From Paraphysomonas bandaiensis (taxonomy: Eukaryota > Protista > Chrysophyceae), in the NCBI GenBank assembly GCA_965644295.1, contig CBFFRP010000475.1:78339-142338 (forward strand): a stretch of 64,000 nucleotides of DNA, given 5' to 3'. Shown here piece by piece: positions 1 to 13,574 of the stretch (its first letter is position 1; each line of letters starts with the position of its first letter). The position numbers and the translations under genes were made by a program. The notes beneath the pieces were generated by a model. It ran no database searches. It saw nothing but the letters and a program-made list of their open reading frames with translations, and was not told the DNA's origin.

Positions 1-3000
1 GCCTCTGGTCAACATATTCACCAGACGAATAATTGAATTCCTCGAATTCAATTTTCCCTTCATTTAGATTAAAATCGCCAGAATTCGACCCTCTCACGCA
101 GTGTGTTGACATATCGACCTGCTTGTGGCTTTCTTGGATTTCTCTCCAACTTCCAACATGTTGTAGCTTTTCCAACCACTCCGACATGATCCGGTCATCA
201 AAATCTGAGCCATCTACCGCACCAGGCCATCGCAACCCATTCTGCAGCATGCATATCGAATCAGGATCATATTCATCACTATCCTCCCACGACACATGTC
301 CATCATGCCCTGTTCCAATATCAGATGGAGCTGAAGAACACTCACTCGAATGTGCATGCGCACAACCGTCACCTACAACCGTGCACTCATCTTCACAAGT
401 TGAAAGTGACGAACATCTCCGTATCCATTTAGTAACCTCGTTCGACGGAGGAAGGGACTCTTTCTGTACCCTACTGATACTACACTTCGCCTGCTCCTTA
501 TCGAAATTGTTCACAGTTTCAGCAGGATGCACACGACGGGATGATACCGTCGGCCGGCCAACTGAAATACTCTCGCTGGATGGAAGCGAGCCTGCAAAAT
601 CTAATCGAGTTGATCCTCTTCCAGAGATCGTCAAAAAATGAAGTATGATCACAACAGTCACACATGGAACAAAGGCTAGCACTGGATTCAGCCTGAAAAG
701 TTGTACGTGTAAGACAACTATATAACCCAACCCAAATGTACTAACAATCTCCAGGGCCATGTCTTGAATCGGTTCAGGCAGCTCAATCATACTCGTAACC
801 GCAAATAACAGCACTCTACTAAAGGCTTGGGTCAAAAACTGAAATTTCGTATCATAATTACGCTCCATCGATCGGGCCTTGGTCTTCACTGATTTCTTCG
901 GCCACGGTGTAGAATATTGCATAATTAGTCTACTCTCTGGAAGATTCGGATACAATGACGCCAATCTAACGGAGGGGTAAAGATACCTAGCAGCGTTGAA
1001 TTCGTCATCAGAAGGACTCAAAAGAGAAGTACAATTTTTCGAATTTTGTTTGAATGAAACTATATCATGAGTCACTTTCTTTTTAATCTTCATGACATCT
1101 TTCATTGTCATAAAGGGAATGGCAATATGTTGAATAATTACCATACCGGTGCATACAAGTGTTATATTAAATATAAGCCACACAACAAAACTGTAAAACC
1201 AAGCCTTCTGTCGAGTTTCTGTTTGTCTCATTGCAAACAAGTATATATACAGTAACATCGCAGCCGCCACCACAGTCAAAAAAATCCATGTGCAAACTTT
1301 CGCAAATAATGTGGCCCTTCTCTTGGGGGCACTATCACGGCGATCTTTAGCATCCAATATCTGACCATTAGCACTGTCCATAAGATCCTTGATAAAGAGG
1401 TAAACTAACCTCTTGTTCTTATTTTCTCTATTTATACTTGGATTGCCAAAATATACATATTCGCGCTGTACAATCTTACGAACATTACTCAACTCGGAGA
1501 GGATCATTGCTTGTCCAGAGTTTTCGGAATGACCAGTAAAACAAAAGAATAATTTCGTCAGCTTCAAAATCATGCTATTTTTGACATCAGCAGTCAGTTC
1601 TTCGCCCCAAACACCTACAAACATAAGCACAATCAACAAAATATACACCACGCCAAGAAAAAAACTTACAATCAAACTCCTCCCGCTCAGAATCCGTTAG
1701 TATACTTCGAAATCGTCTGATATCGTTCAAAAGACGGGCAAAATCCTCATGAAGAGTAGAGTCACATACATCACCAGAAATTTCAACCTTAGGAACAGTG
1801 CTATTATATGATGTCGAACTCTCAATATGTGCTGAGTCACGACTGTCTCCACGTTCCAGTGAGCTAACTCTTGACAATTGTCTTCTCCGCTTTGATATGC
1901 CCTCCTGTCTTGTCTCGGCCGACAAAATGAACATAATTAGACTTTGCAATGATATCGCTATCGGTGTACTAATGACTGCTGCAAATAGTGCTACCATGAG
2001 GACACGCTCGAAGTCGCTACTTATCGGTCGAATGTAGCAACTGTCTTCCGCAGCATCCCAATAACACTTACTCTCACTTCTAGACAAAGATGACTTCTCT
2101 TTCAAGCACTCTTCACTGTTAGTGTAGGCTTCACATGAACCATCATCAGGATCAGCGATGTCATATGTGATGGCCTCAATGAAGAGCATCGTGAGAATGT
2201 TCATTAGGAGAGACATGATACGGATAGGACGTGAATATGTCGGAGAATAATGACATACCACTCCGATCCAGCGGTGATATATCTGCACTTCATTCGACAC
2301 TTTCTTCCAGAGTGGAACTCGTCTCAATACCATCGGAAGTGCATCTTCAATCATCTGAACATCTTTACTACTACCAGAATTTTGAACTCTCACTTGCGCC
2401 AACTTTGCCCTACCAACTTGCGGCTGTACAGTTGCATTGCTGACAGACCGAAACACACGTGCCATTATCGCATCCGTTAAGGAATTTGATTTGGTTATTA
2501 GCTGTCGACCACTTCTACTGCTACTGGGAGTAACTCTATTACTTCGTGATAAAAGCGATGACATCTTGTGAATGTTTTCTCTTTCTATGCTCTTCATAGA
2601 ATCCTTTTCAGTGGCTTTATCATGATAGTCCAAGTGACAGGCACCTATAACAGAAAATATTCCGAAAAGACCTATGAACCCAACCGTGAGTAGAACACGA
2701 ATACTTCCCACAACATCATGGCCACTCAAATCATCTACACTTGTCCATGTATCCACAAACTCAATCAATATAGAACGACTCACTGAAGCAAAGTCAACAG
2801 ACACCGCACTGTCGTCAGATGACTCTGATTCCTGCATTCGTCGTCGCTGCCTCTCCAAAGGAAGCGTACATTCACATGTTATATTGGAGCCAGTATATTC
2901 TATCAAAGAGCATGATACACTGTCGTCTCCAATAGCATCACACGTAACTGAGAAATCATGAACAGGGCATGAACGGGATACAGTTCCTGATGAAGACCCG

Positions 3001-6000
3001 TTACATGATAGAGTGATAATATCTCCTGCCGGACATTCGTACTCTTGCGATATTAGTTCTCCCTTCTCACAATCCAAATAGAGAGTATCGATATCACTGC
3101 CATCAGACAAATGACTCTCGGGGATGCTCTTCACATTTTGCAAAACAACAGTCACGTTACACGCATCAAACGAAGACGTATTGCAGGGGGACTCATCAAA
3201 GCGAAGACCAAAAGGAACACTTAAAGTATATGTATCATTACTGAAGTGAGACACCAAGGATTCAACAACAGCAACTTTAAACGCAGTTTGATACGCACTC
3301 TGAGGTACCACTGCAGTCTGAGAGCTCGAGCCTACCAAATCTTCAAGAATCGTTCGAGGTGAGGTAACAGTCGAATTGCGCCGGCCATCTAATGACAAAC
3401 ATGAAAAGCGAAACAAATTATTCACTACATCAATTGAGTTCTGTCCTTCAACCATATCCAGCAAAATGAAGTCGTAATAGGCTTGATATAATACAAAGGA
3501 TGTTCCCCCGACTGATGGGTCGGCATCAAGAACTAAGTCTAGAACAGTGCTCACTGCAGTGATGTCTTCATAAGACAAGCCAAGGTCAACTGCATCTGCA
3601 ATGAACTCCACTGCCATAGATGCTACCAAATCTTTCGTTTTATCCTCAATACCACTTGGATCGCTGCATATTGAGGCCAAACCTTCTATCCAAGAGACAA
3701 GAGTATCTGCTGACGGATCTTCCAGAAGCGACACACTACGAATCGCTTCCGCAAGCTGATGTCGTGTTTGTAAAGTCTGATTAAATTCATCTACGCTGTA
3801 CTCACACGAATGACCAGTGAAGCCATCGTAACAAGCACAGATGGCTTTACAGTGAACACTCAACACATTGCAAGTGGTGTACGTGACATTGGCGTCGTAT
3901 ACAGACACATATTGGCAATACCCAGAATACGAACAATCTCCTGGACAGTCCTTAGGCATGACAACACATACATTGGAATCGCACACTTCCCACTGCGTAG
4001 AGTCACAGTCACTGTTTCGGGTGCACAATGTCGGATTTGACGATCCCATTGAAAGGCGTCTTCTCGTATCATCGCTCAAGTGTAAACAGTACGTATTCGC
4101 ATGACCACTTTCTCCAGCGTACCCTTCCAAACACTCTCCACATGTACTCGCAGTTGTCGTGCAGTCAAATCTATTCAGATTAGTACAGTTAGGCGCGGAA
4201 GAGCAATTCACACTGTTTAAAATTGAGGCTGTGGTTGCAATAGCTTTTTTCATCTCATCAGCATAGCCATTGGAGTTTGCAAGGGCATCTGTGAGATAGT
4301 TTTGTTTGTCCTCTGCAGAAAGTTCCTGCATCTTTACCTCCACAGAGCTATAGGAAGCAATCTTGGCATCAAGAATGTCAAAAACTTGCAATCTCGTGCT
4401 AAGCATGAAATCCGCAGAATCCTTCCCCGCAGGCAAATCCGTAGACACATAAGAGAGCTCCAACCGAGACCGGTGAACAAGATATGCTCCAGATGAGCCT
4501 TGATATGCGAATTCATAAGATAACGGAATATCAGAATCTTCCCACTTTGAAGCTGAAAATGTGAATTCCGTGACAAGCATGGTCCCTGTAGATGGTGAAA
4601 CAGAGTAGCTACCCGGATATGGAGGAGAATTGGTCGATATCGTAATGGCAGCAGTCGCAGAGTACCCCGTGTCTAGGCTGCATGCAAGTTGGAAGCTAAA
4701 CTTCGACTCCTGGGGTAAAGTATTCGGTGGTAACACCAGACTCAATGTATACACTTCCCGAGAAGACGCGGGAGTTGCTATCGCTTTCGTCACTTCGGAC
4801 AGTGAAACCGATTGCAGATGTATTGATGGGTCGTCAACAGACCAAGTTGCTGTACCACCAGCGGCAACTTCCACGGTGGCAAGTAGTTTGAACTTCTGAG
4901 AGGGGTTGATTCGAGTCCCGCTTGATGATGAAAGTGTCACCAATGGGGCCAGTGATGGAAGTACAGTGATTATAACTGTTGCAGTGGAAGATCGAAAATC
5001 TTTCGTGTGAACAACTTTCACTGTCAGCTGGTGCACGCTATCAATCATCTCATCGCTGGAATTCTGAGGTACAGATACTGAAACCTGTGATGGTGAAATA
5101 GCTGATATAACCAGGTCGCTGTTGGCTTTGTATGACGGATAGGTTTGTGCACAGCTGAAGGCAAACGACAATCCAGCACCGACACCTGTGGCTTCGTTAT
5201 TATCTTCATCGTAGCTACCAGACGCATCCACATTTACTGAGCTATCCGTTCGAACCCCCCTACTAGATGATCCAGACACCTTCGCAACGACCAACCCTTT
5301 GACTACTGTCACAGAAACCGAGGCAGAGGAATACTTCAACGACTCCGTGTGTTGTGCTGTCAGGGTTACAGTATACACAGTCCCCACTTCCAGAGTGTAA
5401 GGCAACAACTTGAACGTCCGCGGGTCGCTCGATTGAGAAACTAAGCTGAGAGGGGTCCCTTGTGCAAATATTTTCCAAGAATATTGTATATTCGCAGTGC
5501 TGGTCGCCCCACCACATATGGAGGTGTACGCTTGACCAGTGACTGATAGCGACGAATATCTGTACTGCAACCTCAGCTTCTTAGAATTCAAAGATACTAC
5601 AGGAACATTTTCAGATGAAGAAACAACAAAAGAGTGCGTTGACCTCCCACAACCACCGATAAAATTGCACATAACTACTGTAATACTGTATGCGAATCCT
5701 GGATACAGTAAGGCCTGTGGCACTGTTAAGACGCCTGATGCTTCGTAATTGGCGTTTAAATAGGTAGTGACCAAGGAAACATTCTCGTGAATTCCATAAA
5801 CATTAAACGATATATTCACAAAGGAGCGCCCTCCAGAACCTTTGGATCCAGAAATATCTAGGGGTAGTGAGTCACATGGCCCGATCTGAGAAGGCGATAT
5901 AATCGATAATGTGGGAACAAGAGGCGTTTGCGGAGCATGTATTCTGATAGAGGTCAATGAATTAAACTGCCACGTACTACACGCAGGACCGTTATTTAGC

Positions 6001-9000
6001 ACTTTACATTTAGCTCGAATCTTATTCGCTTGCAGTGTAATTACATCAGACACACCAACAACTCCACTCGCCCCAGGATATATCGACACTCTTGAATCAT
6101 CAACCCATAAGCATCTCGTGTCCTTCTGAATTCCCGGAAACGAAAACACATCAATGCAGTTGAAATTATTGGTATATCCTGCACGATTGGTGGGTGCATC
6201 AAACAGCAGTGTTATCTTAGTTCCATCATTAGAAAACGTCGCTGATCTCAATACTGGAACCGCAGGTTCCGCATCAACAGCAAGCACAGTGATAAAACTT
6301 GCAGGAGTATAGGAAATGACATAATCATTTGCTGATAATCCCGACATTGTAAATGCCAAGTCATACACACCAGCGTTCTGGCGAATATACGCCACATACT
6401 CAACAGTAGATGAAGTGAAAACCACAGACGATGGGACAAACGGATATACTGTTGAGTTTTGAAAGGCAGCCAACGATACATTCAAGTCATTGGGTACTAC
6501 ATCACCAGCATCGAGCTTCAATGCAACTGCCGTGTCTTCTACACTCGAGTACGAAGTCGCAATCAATTCAACATTGAAGGTTCGGCAGCATGCCGTCCTT
6601 GCCGCTGATTTGGTCCCACGCATTAGATCATAATCCATTGGTGTATCTAGTGCAGAGTATGTAGCACAGTATACATCATAATCTGAAGACGCAATTAAAC
6701 CCTCGATGATAAATGATACAGTCGTGGAAGTTATCGATATCAAATCATTGCGAAGAAGAAGAGTATCAACAGTAGACGGAACAAATGAATCCGATGCTAA
6801 GTACGCTGAGCAAACGAGAGATCCTTCCGGTACATCGACAGCCACTGTGGCTGTAATCGAGTTAGTTGTGCTGGATACAGTTACGCTCAATATATCAGAT
6901 GCCACTGATAACTCGGTAAATTCTATGTGCAATATGTTTAATATTGTAGGAAACAGGGGGGTTTCAACCTCATTACATGGACTATCGTATATGATCGCAG
7001 ATGGTTTAACAGTTGATGGTGTGCACGGAGAGGCGGTACAGTTCGCACACATGAATGCAGAAGTCAGGCTCCCACAACGGCCCACCATCCAACTCGTATC
7101 ATGACACTTGAAAGATATGGATGAAGACACGGTTGCCTTGGACACTGACATAAGTGTAGTCACAATATCAGCAGCAGTTGCACTATCGTTACAAGTCACA
7201 GTCACTGATTCCAGGTCAGCTGAATAGTCTACTGTCGATATCATACTGAGAGTAGAAGCTGTATAGGTAATCAACGCTGTCGCAATATCGTCATTGACGA
7301 AAACTTCCCACTCGCCACATGTGCCATACCCGCGTTCACCTTTGACTACTAAGCTCGCAAATGTACTTCTCGCTCCCAGATCAATGCCATTGATATATGC
7401 ATCATATTTCTCTTTCCACAGAGTCATGAATGATATCGACGGAGATAGAGAAGGTACAAGTGTAGGACTCATGGAGAGTGTTGGTGGTAAAGTTGGATAG
7501 TGAGTAACTGTAGGAACTGGCGCGCATGTTGGTCGGTATGTTGGAAATGATGTCGGTACCTTAGTAGGAATATTAGTTGGTGAAGATGTAGGAAGTCTTG
7601 TAGGTGATGTTGTTGGTTTCGATGATGGCACTGAGGTGGGGACAACGCTTGGACTCTCTGTAGGACCAGAGGTAGGAATTGAAGTTGTAGGTGTAACAGT
7701 TGGAAATGACGTCGGAATCAACGAAGGACAGCACGTTGGATATCCACTGGGCATTGCAGTCGGTGTCGTGGTAGGAGATGACGATGGTATCATGGTGGGA
7801 AAATCAGTGGAAAATGACATTGGCGGCATAGTGGGAAAACAAGTTGGATGAGGCGTTGGATAAAACATTGGATGAACAGTGGGATAAGAAGTTGGATTAT
7901 GAGTTGGAAATGATGTAGGTGGCATAGTGGGATAACAGGTGGGATAAAAACTTGGATGAACAGTGGGATAAGAAGTTGGGTAATCAGTTGGGAATGATGT
8001 TGGATGTAAAGTAGGATAAGACGTTGGGTAATCGGTTGGGAACGATGTCGGTGGCATAGTGGGATAACAGGTTGGGAATGACGTTGGATAGAAACTTGGG
8101 TGAACAGTGGGATAAGACGTTGGGTAATCAGTTGGGAATGACGTTGGATGAACAGTGGGAGAAGAAGAGGGGTAATCGGTTGGGAACGATGTCGGTGGCA
8201 TAGTGGGATAACAGGTTGGGAATGACGTTGGATAAACAGTGGGAGAAAAAGTTGGGTAATCCGTTGGGAATGATGTTGGATGTAAAGTAGGATAAGACGT
8301 TGGGTAATCGGTTGGGAACGATGTCGGTGGCATAGTGGGATAACAGGTTGGGAATGACGTTGGATAAACAGTGGGATAAGACGTTGGGTAATCCGTTGGG
8401 AATGATGTTGGATGTAAAGTAGGATAAGACGTTGGGTAATCAGTTGGGAATGACGTCAGTGGCACAGTGGGATAGCAGGTTGGGAATGACGTTGGATAAA
8501 CAGTGGGATAAGAGGTTGGATAATCAGTTGGGAACGATGTCGGTGGCATAGTGGGATAACAGGTTGGGAATGACGTTGGATAAACAGTGGGATAAGAAGT
8601 TGGGTAGTCGGTTGGGATTGATGTCGGTGACATAGTAGGATAAGACGTTGGGTAATCAGTTGGGAACGATGTCGGTGGCATAGTGGGATAGCAGGTTGGG
8701 AATGACGTTGGATAAACAGTGGGATAAGAAGTTGGGTAATCAGTTGGGAATGACGTTGGATGAACAGTGGGATAAGAAGTTGGGTAATCAGTTGGGAATG
8801 ATGTTGGATGTAAAGTAGGATAAGATGTTGGGTAATCAGTTGGGAACGATGTCGGTGGCATAGTGGGATAACAGGTTGGGAATGACGTTGGATGAACAGT
8901 GGGATAAGAAGTTGGGTAATCAGTTGGGAATGACGTCGGTGGCATAGTGGGATAACAGGTTGGGAATGACGTTGGATAAACAGTGGGATAAGAAGTTGGG

Positions 9001-10469
9001 TAATCAGTTGGGAATGACGTTGGATGTAAAGTAGGATAAGACGTTGGATAATCAGTTGGGAATGACGTCGGTGGCACAGTGGGATAGCAGGTTGGGAATG
9101 ACGTTGGATAAACAGTGGGATAAGACGTTGGATAATCAGTTGGGAACGATGTCGGTGGCATAGTGGGATAACGGGTTGGGAATGACGTTGGATAAACAGT
9201 GGGATAAGACGTTGGATAATCAGTTGGGAACGATGTCGGTGGCACAGTGGGATAACAGGTTGGATAAGACGTTGGATAAACAGTGGGATAAGAAGTTGGG
9301 TAATCGGTTGGGAACGATGTCGGTGGCATAGTGGGATAAGACGTTGGATAGAAACTTGGGTGAACAGTGGGATAAGAAGTTGGATAGTCGGTTTGGATTG
9401 ATGTCGGTGACATAGTAGGATAAGACGTTGGGAAATCAGTTGGGAACGATGTCGGTGGCACAGTGGGATAACAGGTTGGATAAGACGTTGGATGTAAAGT
9501 AGGATAAGATGTTGGGTAATCGGTTGGGAAGGATGTCGGTGGCACAGTGGGATAACAGGTTGGGAATGACGTTGGATAAACAGTGGGATAAGAAGTTGGG
9601 TAATCAGTTGGGAATGACGTTGGATGAAAAGTAGGATAAGAAGTTGGGTAATCAGTTGGGAATGACGTTGGATGAAAAGTAGGATAAGACGTTGGATAAT
9701 CAGTTGGGAACGATGTCGGTGCCACAGTGGGATAGCAGGTTGGATAAAACGTTGGAAAATGAGTTGGGATTGAAGTTAGTTGCGTAGTAGGGGATAGAGA
9801 TGGCCTCACAGTCAGAATCTCAGTGGGGAAAGAAGTTGGTGGCGTAATAGGATAAGAAGTTGGAAATTCAGAGGGGAATGAAGTTGGAAAATCAGTGGGG
9901 AATGACGTCGGCGACGAAGTAGGAGATGTAGATTGTATTGTAGTCGGAATCTTAGTAGGGGATAAAGTTGGTGGCGTAGAAGGATAATAAGTTGGATGAA
10001 CAGTAGAAACAACAGTAGGATAAGAAGTTGGAAACTCAGAGGGGAATGAAGTTGGAAAATCAGTGGGGAATGACGTCAGCGACGAAGTAGGAGATGTAGA
10101 TGGTATTGTAGTCGGAATCTTAGTAGGGGATAAAGTCGGCGACATAGTGGGATAACAAGTTGGATTAACTGTAGGAACAACTGTATGTTCAGAAGTTGGT
10201 GACATAGTGGGATAACAAGTTGGATTAACTGTAGGAACAACTGTATGTTCAGAAGTTGGAAATTCAGTGGGGGATGAAGTTAATGGCGTAGTAGGATACT
10301 TAGATGGCATCCTAGTCGGGCTGTCAGTGGAAGCTAGTGCATTCTTCGTAGTATGAATTAAAGGCGTTAGTGTTGAATGTAATTTAGATGAAGGTGTTGT
10401 ACAGCCATATTGTTCAGTATATGACAGCATCCATATGAATATGAGTGTATTGCAGTGATGGGTCCTCAT
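1..10469 (-). CDS. Gene A: giant polycystin-1/PKDREJ-like membrane protein, headless form (leader, PTxx stalk, REJ core, multi-TM); 3' end runs off the window start
   Basis: ATG at 10469 (MRTHHCNTLIFIWMLSYT; the ORF track starts at an upstream GTG). Exon 10469-1670, GT-AG intron 1669-1615 (55 nt, EFD-C-VWGEE), exon 1614 to <1. Collinear with gene B at offset 13723, so the stop should lie ~150 nt left of the window (~3520 aa). REJ-type motif NSPPYPGSYSVSPSTG..TEFTF..WEDSDIPLSYEF; EGF-like CPGDCSYSGYC..CACYDGFTGHSC; PKD1-like HRW..YSRPIR..EAITY. Confidence 0.85.
7620..10300 (-). repeat. Coding minisatellite stalk of gene A (12-nt/4-aa PTxx units: PTSF, PTDY, PTSY, PTCY, PTMP)
   Basis: Directly visible tandem repeats such as gttgggaatgac/gttgggtaatca; ~900 aa Pro/Thr-rich with frequent Tyr, Phe and Cys. 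Confidence 0.95.
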
Positions 10470-10574
10470 AACCCTCTCACACTTCACACTTCACACTTCA
10501 CTTCACTTCTATCTAACCACACATCACACACTCCATATCCATATGAATATACAGTATGCACATATTCAGGTACT
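10417..10574 (-). promoter_or_regulatory. Leader cassette shared with gene C (upstream region, start codon, first 18 codons)
   Basis: Reverse complement matches 37928-38090 almost exactly (one substitution, one fewer GAAGT unit); flanks on both sides are unrelated. Confidence 0.85.
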
Positions 10575-11361
10575 AGTATTGGTTGGGTTTGTGGGATATG
10601 ATAGTAGCATTGCTAGTATATTTATGTAGAGGTGCAGACAACGCATGTGAAAAAAATGTGACGCTGGGTTCCCTTTTTTACGTGCTGTACGTACAGCAGA
10701 GTACAGGTGTCTGCCTAAATCTAGAAAATGCCAACTAGAATCATAAAAATCTGGGTATTTATGCACACTACAACCATACAGCAGAATTTCGTATCGGCAT
10801 CCTTTGTGTCTTTTTGTTCAAAAATGCCTCTAATATTGAGACAATAACTATCTGTATTCCAGCCGTAGTTGTATTGCAGTTATATAGAAGATATTTGCTT
10901 CAATTTATTCCCGAAAACAATGATGCTAACTACCGAAATGTTCTCACAATGGAACTTAAGGAGATCATATCCATAACAAGTTTAACATAATAAGACATGG
11001 ATAGTTTCCAATTACCCTCTGGATATGGATCAAACAGTCTACTATCATCACCACCGCATAGATACAAACTATCAGATCAATATCAAGAATTAAATTTAGA
11101 GTAATGAGCATAAACTCTTGATAACTACCCGTAGAGGTTCTGTTGAGTAGTAACTGAGTATACTTCCTTTGTACCTATAATCACCCGTTACACCTATAAA
11201 TGGTTTCACCTATTGCACACTATTAACTCACTTCAATTTCACAATCTATGTCGCATCATACTGCATAACTCAACGAAGATATGCGCCAAAAAGTAGCTGT
11301 ACAGTGTGTGAACATTGTTTAGTTTCTTTGGAGAATAGAGGAGATACTACATCTTACAAAC

Positions 11362-11470
11362 CAGGGCTAGGGAACAATATATAGTAATACTATTGTTAGA
11401 TAAGAGATAGCACCTCACCGATAATATTTATGGAGTTTTTAAGCTGACCCAACAATACTATTGCAATATA
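11362..11470. mobile_element. Tiny hAT-derived terminal/MITE-like remnant
   Basis: Starts cagggctagggaacaatata, the same terminus as at 36411; the right part caacaatactattgcaatata is an imperfect inverted copy of the subterminal sequence. The outermost right TIR is missing. Confidence 0.5.
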
Positions 11471-11559
11471 GTAGTATAGTTATTCAGCAATTAAACACTT
11501 TTGTATCAAATGTGCAGCCAACAAAATATAGCCCAACAAGAAGTTACACCTTTTTAGCT

Positions 11560-12979
11560 TGCACCCCGCTCCATGGCTCTGTTGTGGTCGTGTTTGCATC
11601 ACAATTGCTGGTCTTGCCTGAATTTGACGCGCCTCACCCGGTCTCAGTCGATATTTGCACTCCACCCCCACTCAAATGAAAACCTCTTTAGCTCATGTTG
11701 TCCACGCTACACTACCCCTTTACCAGCCTTCAGTTGCCCCATTGCCCACACTCTTAAAGTTACATCACGCGCATGCACTTCTGCAGTGACGCAAACTCTC
11801 TTACCCTATCACTCTGGTAGATACCATATCTCACCTCCCCATTATCTATCGCTACATACTCTCCTGCTCCCTCATTGGAGGCAGATATGTACTATCCAAG
11901 ACCCCGGACTCCAATCACTACCCCCTGTTCCCTACTAAACCCCACAAGTCCTATAAATGCTCCAGTTAATAGCATCCACACGAGCCCTATATCAATGGAC
12001 TTATCCCTGCATATCAGCTCAAACACTCCACCTCACAGGCCCAAAACTATCAACTGCGCTCTCTGTCCAACATTCATATAACCCCACTGCACTGTCCCAC
12101 ACACGCACCTGCTCCTTACATTCCACCTCCTCGAAACCTCCAACCAAACTATCTCCTCTCCTTTCGTCTCTGATCCCTTGCCATCACCTCTCTTCTGCAC
12201 ACACCCTATGCCTCAGCCTGTACCCCCCTGCACTAACACAGACACTAAGGGCAGCTGAGGATGTGTGAGTCTCTCCTACAGACCATCATGCTCAGCTCGT
12301 GCATAGATCTATCATAGTACTCGACCATGGTGACCCTTGTGCTATTGCGAAGTACTACATTCCTCAATCTCATGTTGTCTCTCTTGTACCATCACACTTC
12401 CTATCGACTCCCTGTTGCTGGATACACCGGAGAACCCTCGTATCCCACTGGTGTCCAACTACACACTCTCTTCCATGTGTTCTTTGCTACCGGCTAAGAC
12501 AGCAAAAGAGCCGATTCCGACGCTACTTCACGGTAGATCAACACCTTTTGCAAGACCTTCAGCCACTTGGCACAATGCCTAAGGGAAGGCCACCAGATCG
12601 CCAAACTCAGAAGGGTTTATTGCTGCTTCCCCTGGTTGCCGTGAGGCACATAAGGCAGTCCCAGATGCAAGCTGCACAAAATGTATGTGTAGTCTTAAGC
12701 GTTTCAATGTGGTAGTAGTTGACTTAGATCACTGCTTTCACTTGTCATTCTGTACGTTGTACAACGTCCCTAATACACATCTATCATATAGCGATAATGG
12801 TCGCATCTTGGTGCTTGCGGCGACGCACAAGCAGTTCTCGTAGCGTTAAATAGTAGGATACAAGAGTTAGCACTAGTTAGTAAATGGTAGATGCTTATCT
12901 AGCTCGACCAGTTTGTCCATCTAGCTACTAAGCTGGTGCAGATTTATAACGCCTATTGCTAAAAGTAAGACTTTCAATA
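11560..12979 (+). mobile_element. 5'-truncated non-LTR retroelement copy 1 (degenerate)
   Basis: About 12110-12979 is homologous to the reverse complement of 28801-29752 and ends in the family tail ...gcctattgct...aagactttcaata. Upstream C-rich part has a peptide (QMKTSLAHVVHATLPLYQ) loosely resembling copy 4. 5' boundary approximate; no TSD found. Confidence 0.6.
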
Positions 12980-13574
12980 TATAACTAAACTCACTACGCT
13001 GTTAGACAAAGACTACCTACTGCTAAGCTATTCAAAACTTCCTTCTATTCATTCTCTGAACCATCACATTCATTCAAAATTAATCGAAATATGCATCCTG
13101 CAACAAGTGTCGATTAACTTTCATAAACAATATTATAACATCAAGTGTTGTAGGATGCATATTTTTGCGCAGCAGCACTTCAAGTACAAGGTGAACGACA
13201 AAAGACTGAACAAACTCTACTCATAAAAACACGACAAATATTTACAATTACATAAGTAATTTACATCTATCATTTATGTACGAACTAAAAGAGTAACAGT
13301 ATCAGCTTGCTGTACTTCACTACATTTGACATGCCATTACAATCACTGATTTGTATAATTCCATATCACTACGTAAAAAACACAACTATTAATGGCACAA
13401 TAATGTATCTTCCAGTACCACGCTACACTTATATCCTTGCATAGAATAAACACTAAAAGCTCGGGAACTGTCACACAACTTCATCGACGACTGACGTCGT
13501 TGAAACTCGTAAAATGACTAGTGCCTTCACTCTCATAACGAGCGTCAGATGCGACAAAATGCTAGGTGAATGGC

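Noticed and set aside
33-641. Plus-strand 202-aa ORF, its copy at 13846-14364 and other recurring short ORFs within the cores
   Set aside because: Antisense or off-frame shadows that recur only because the DNA is duplicated.
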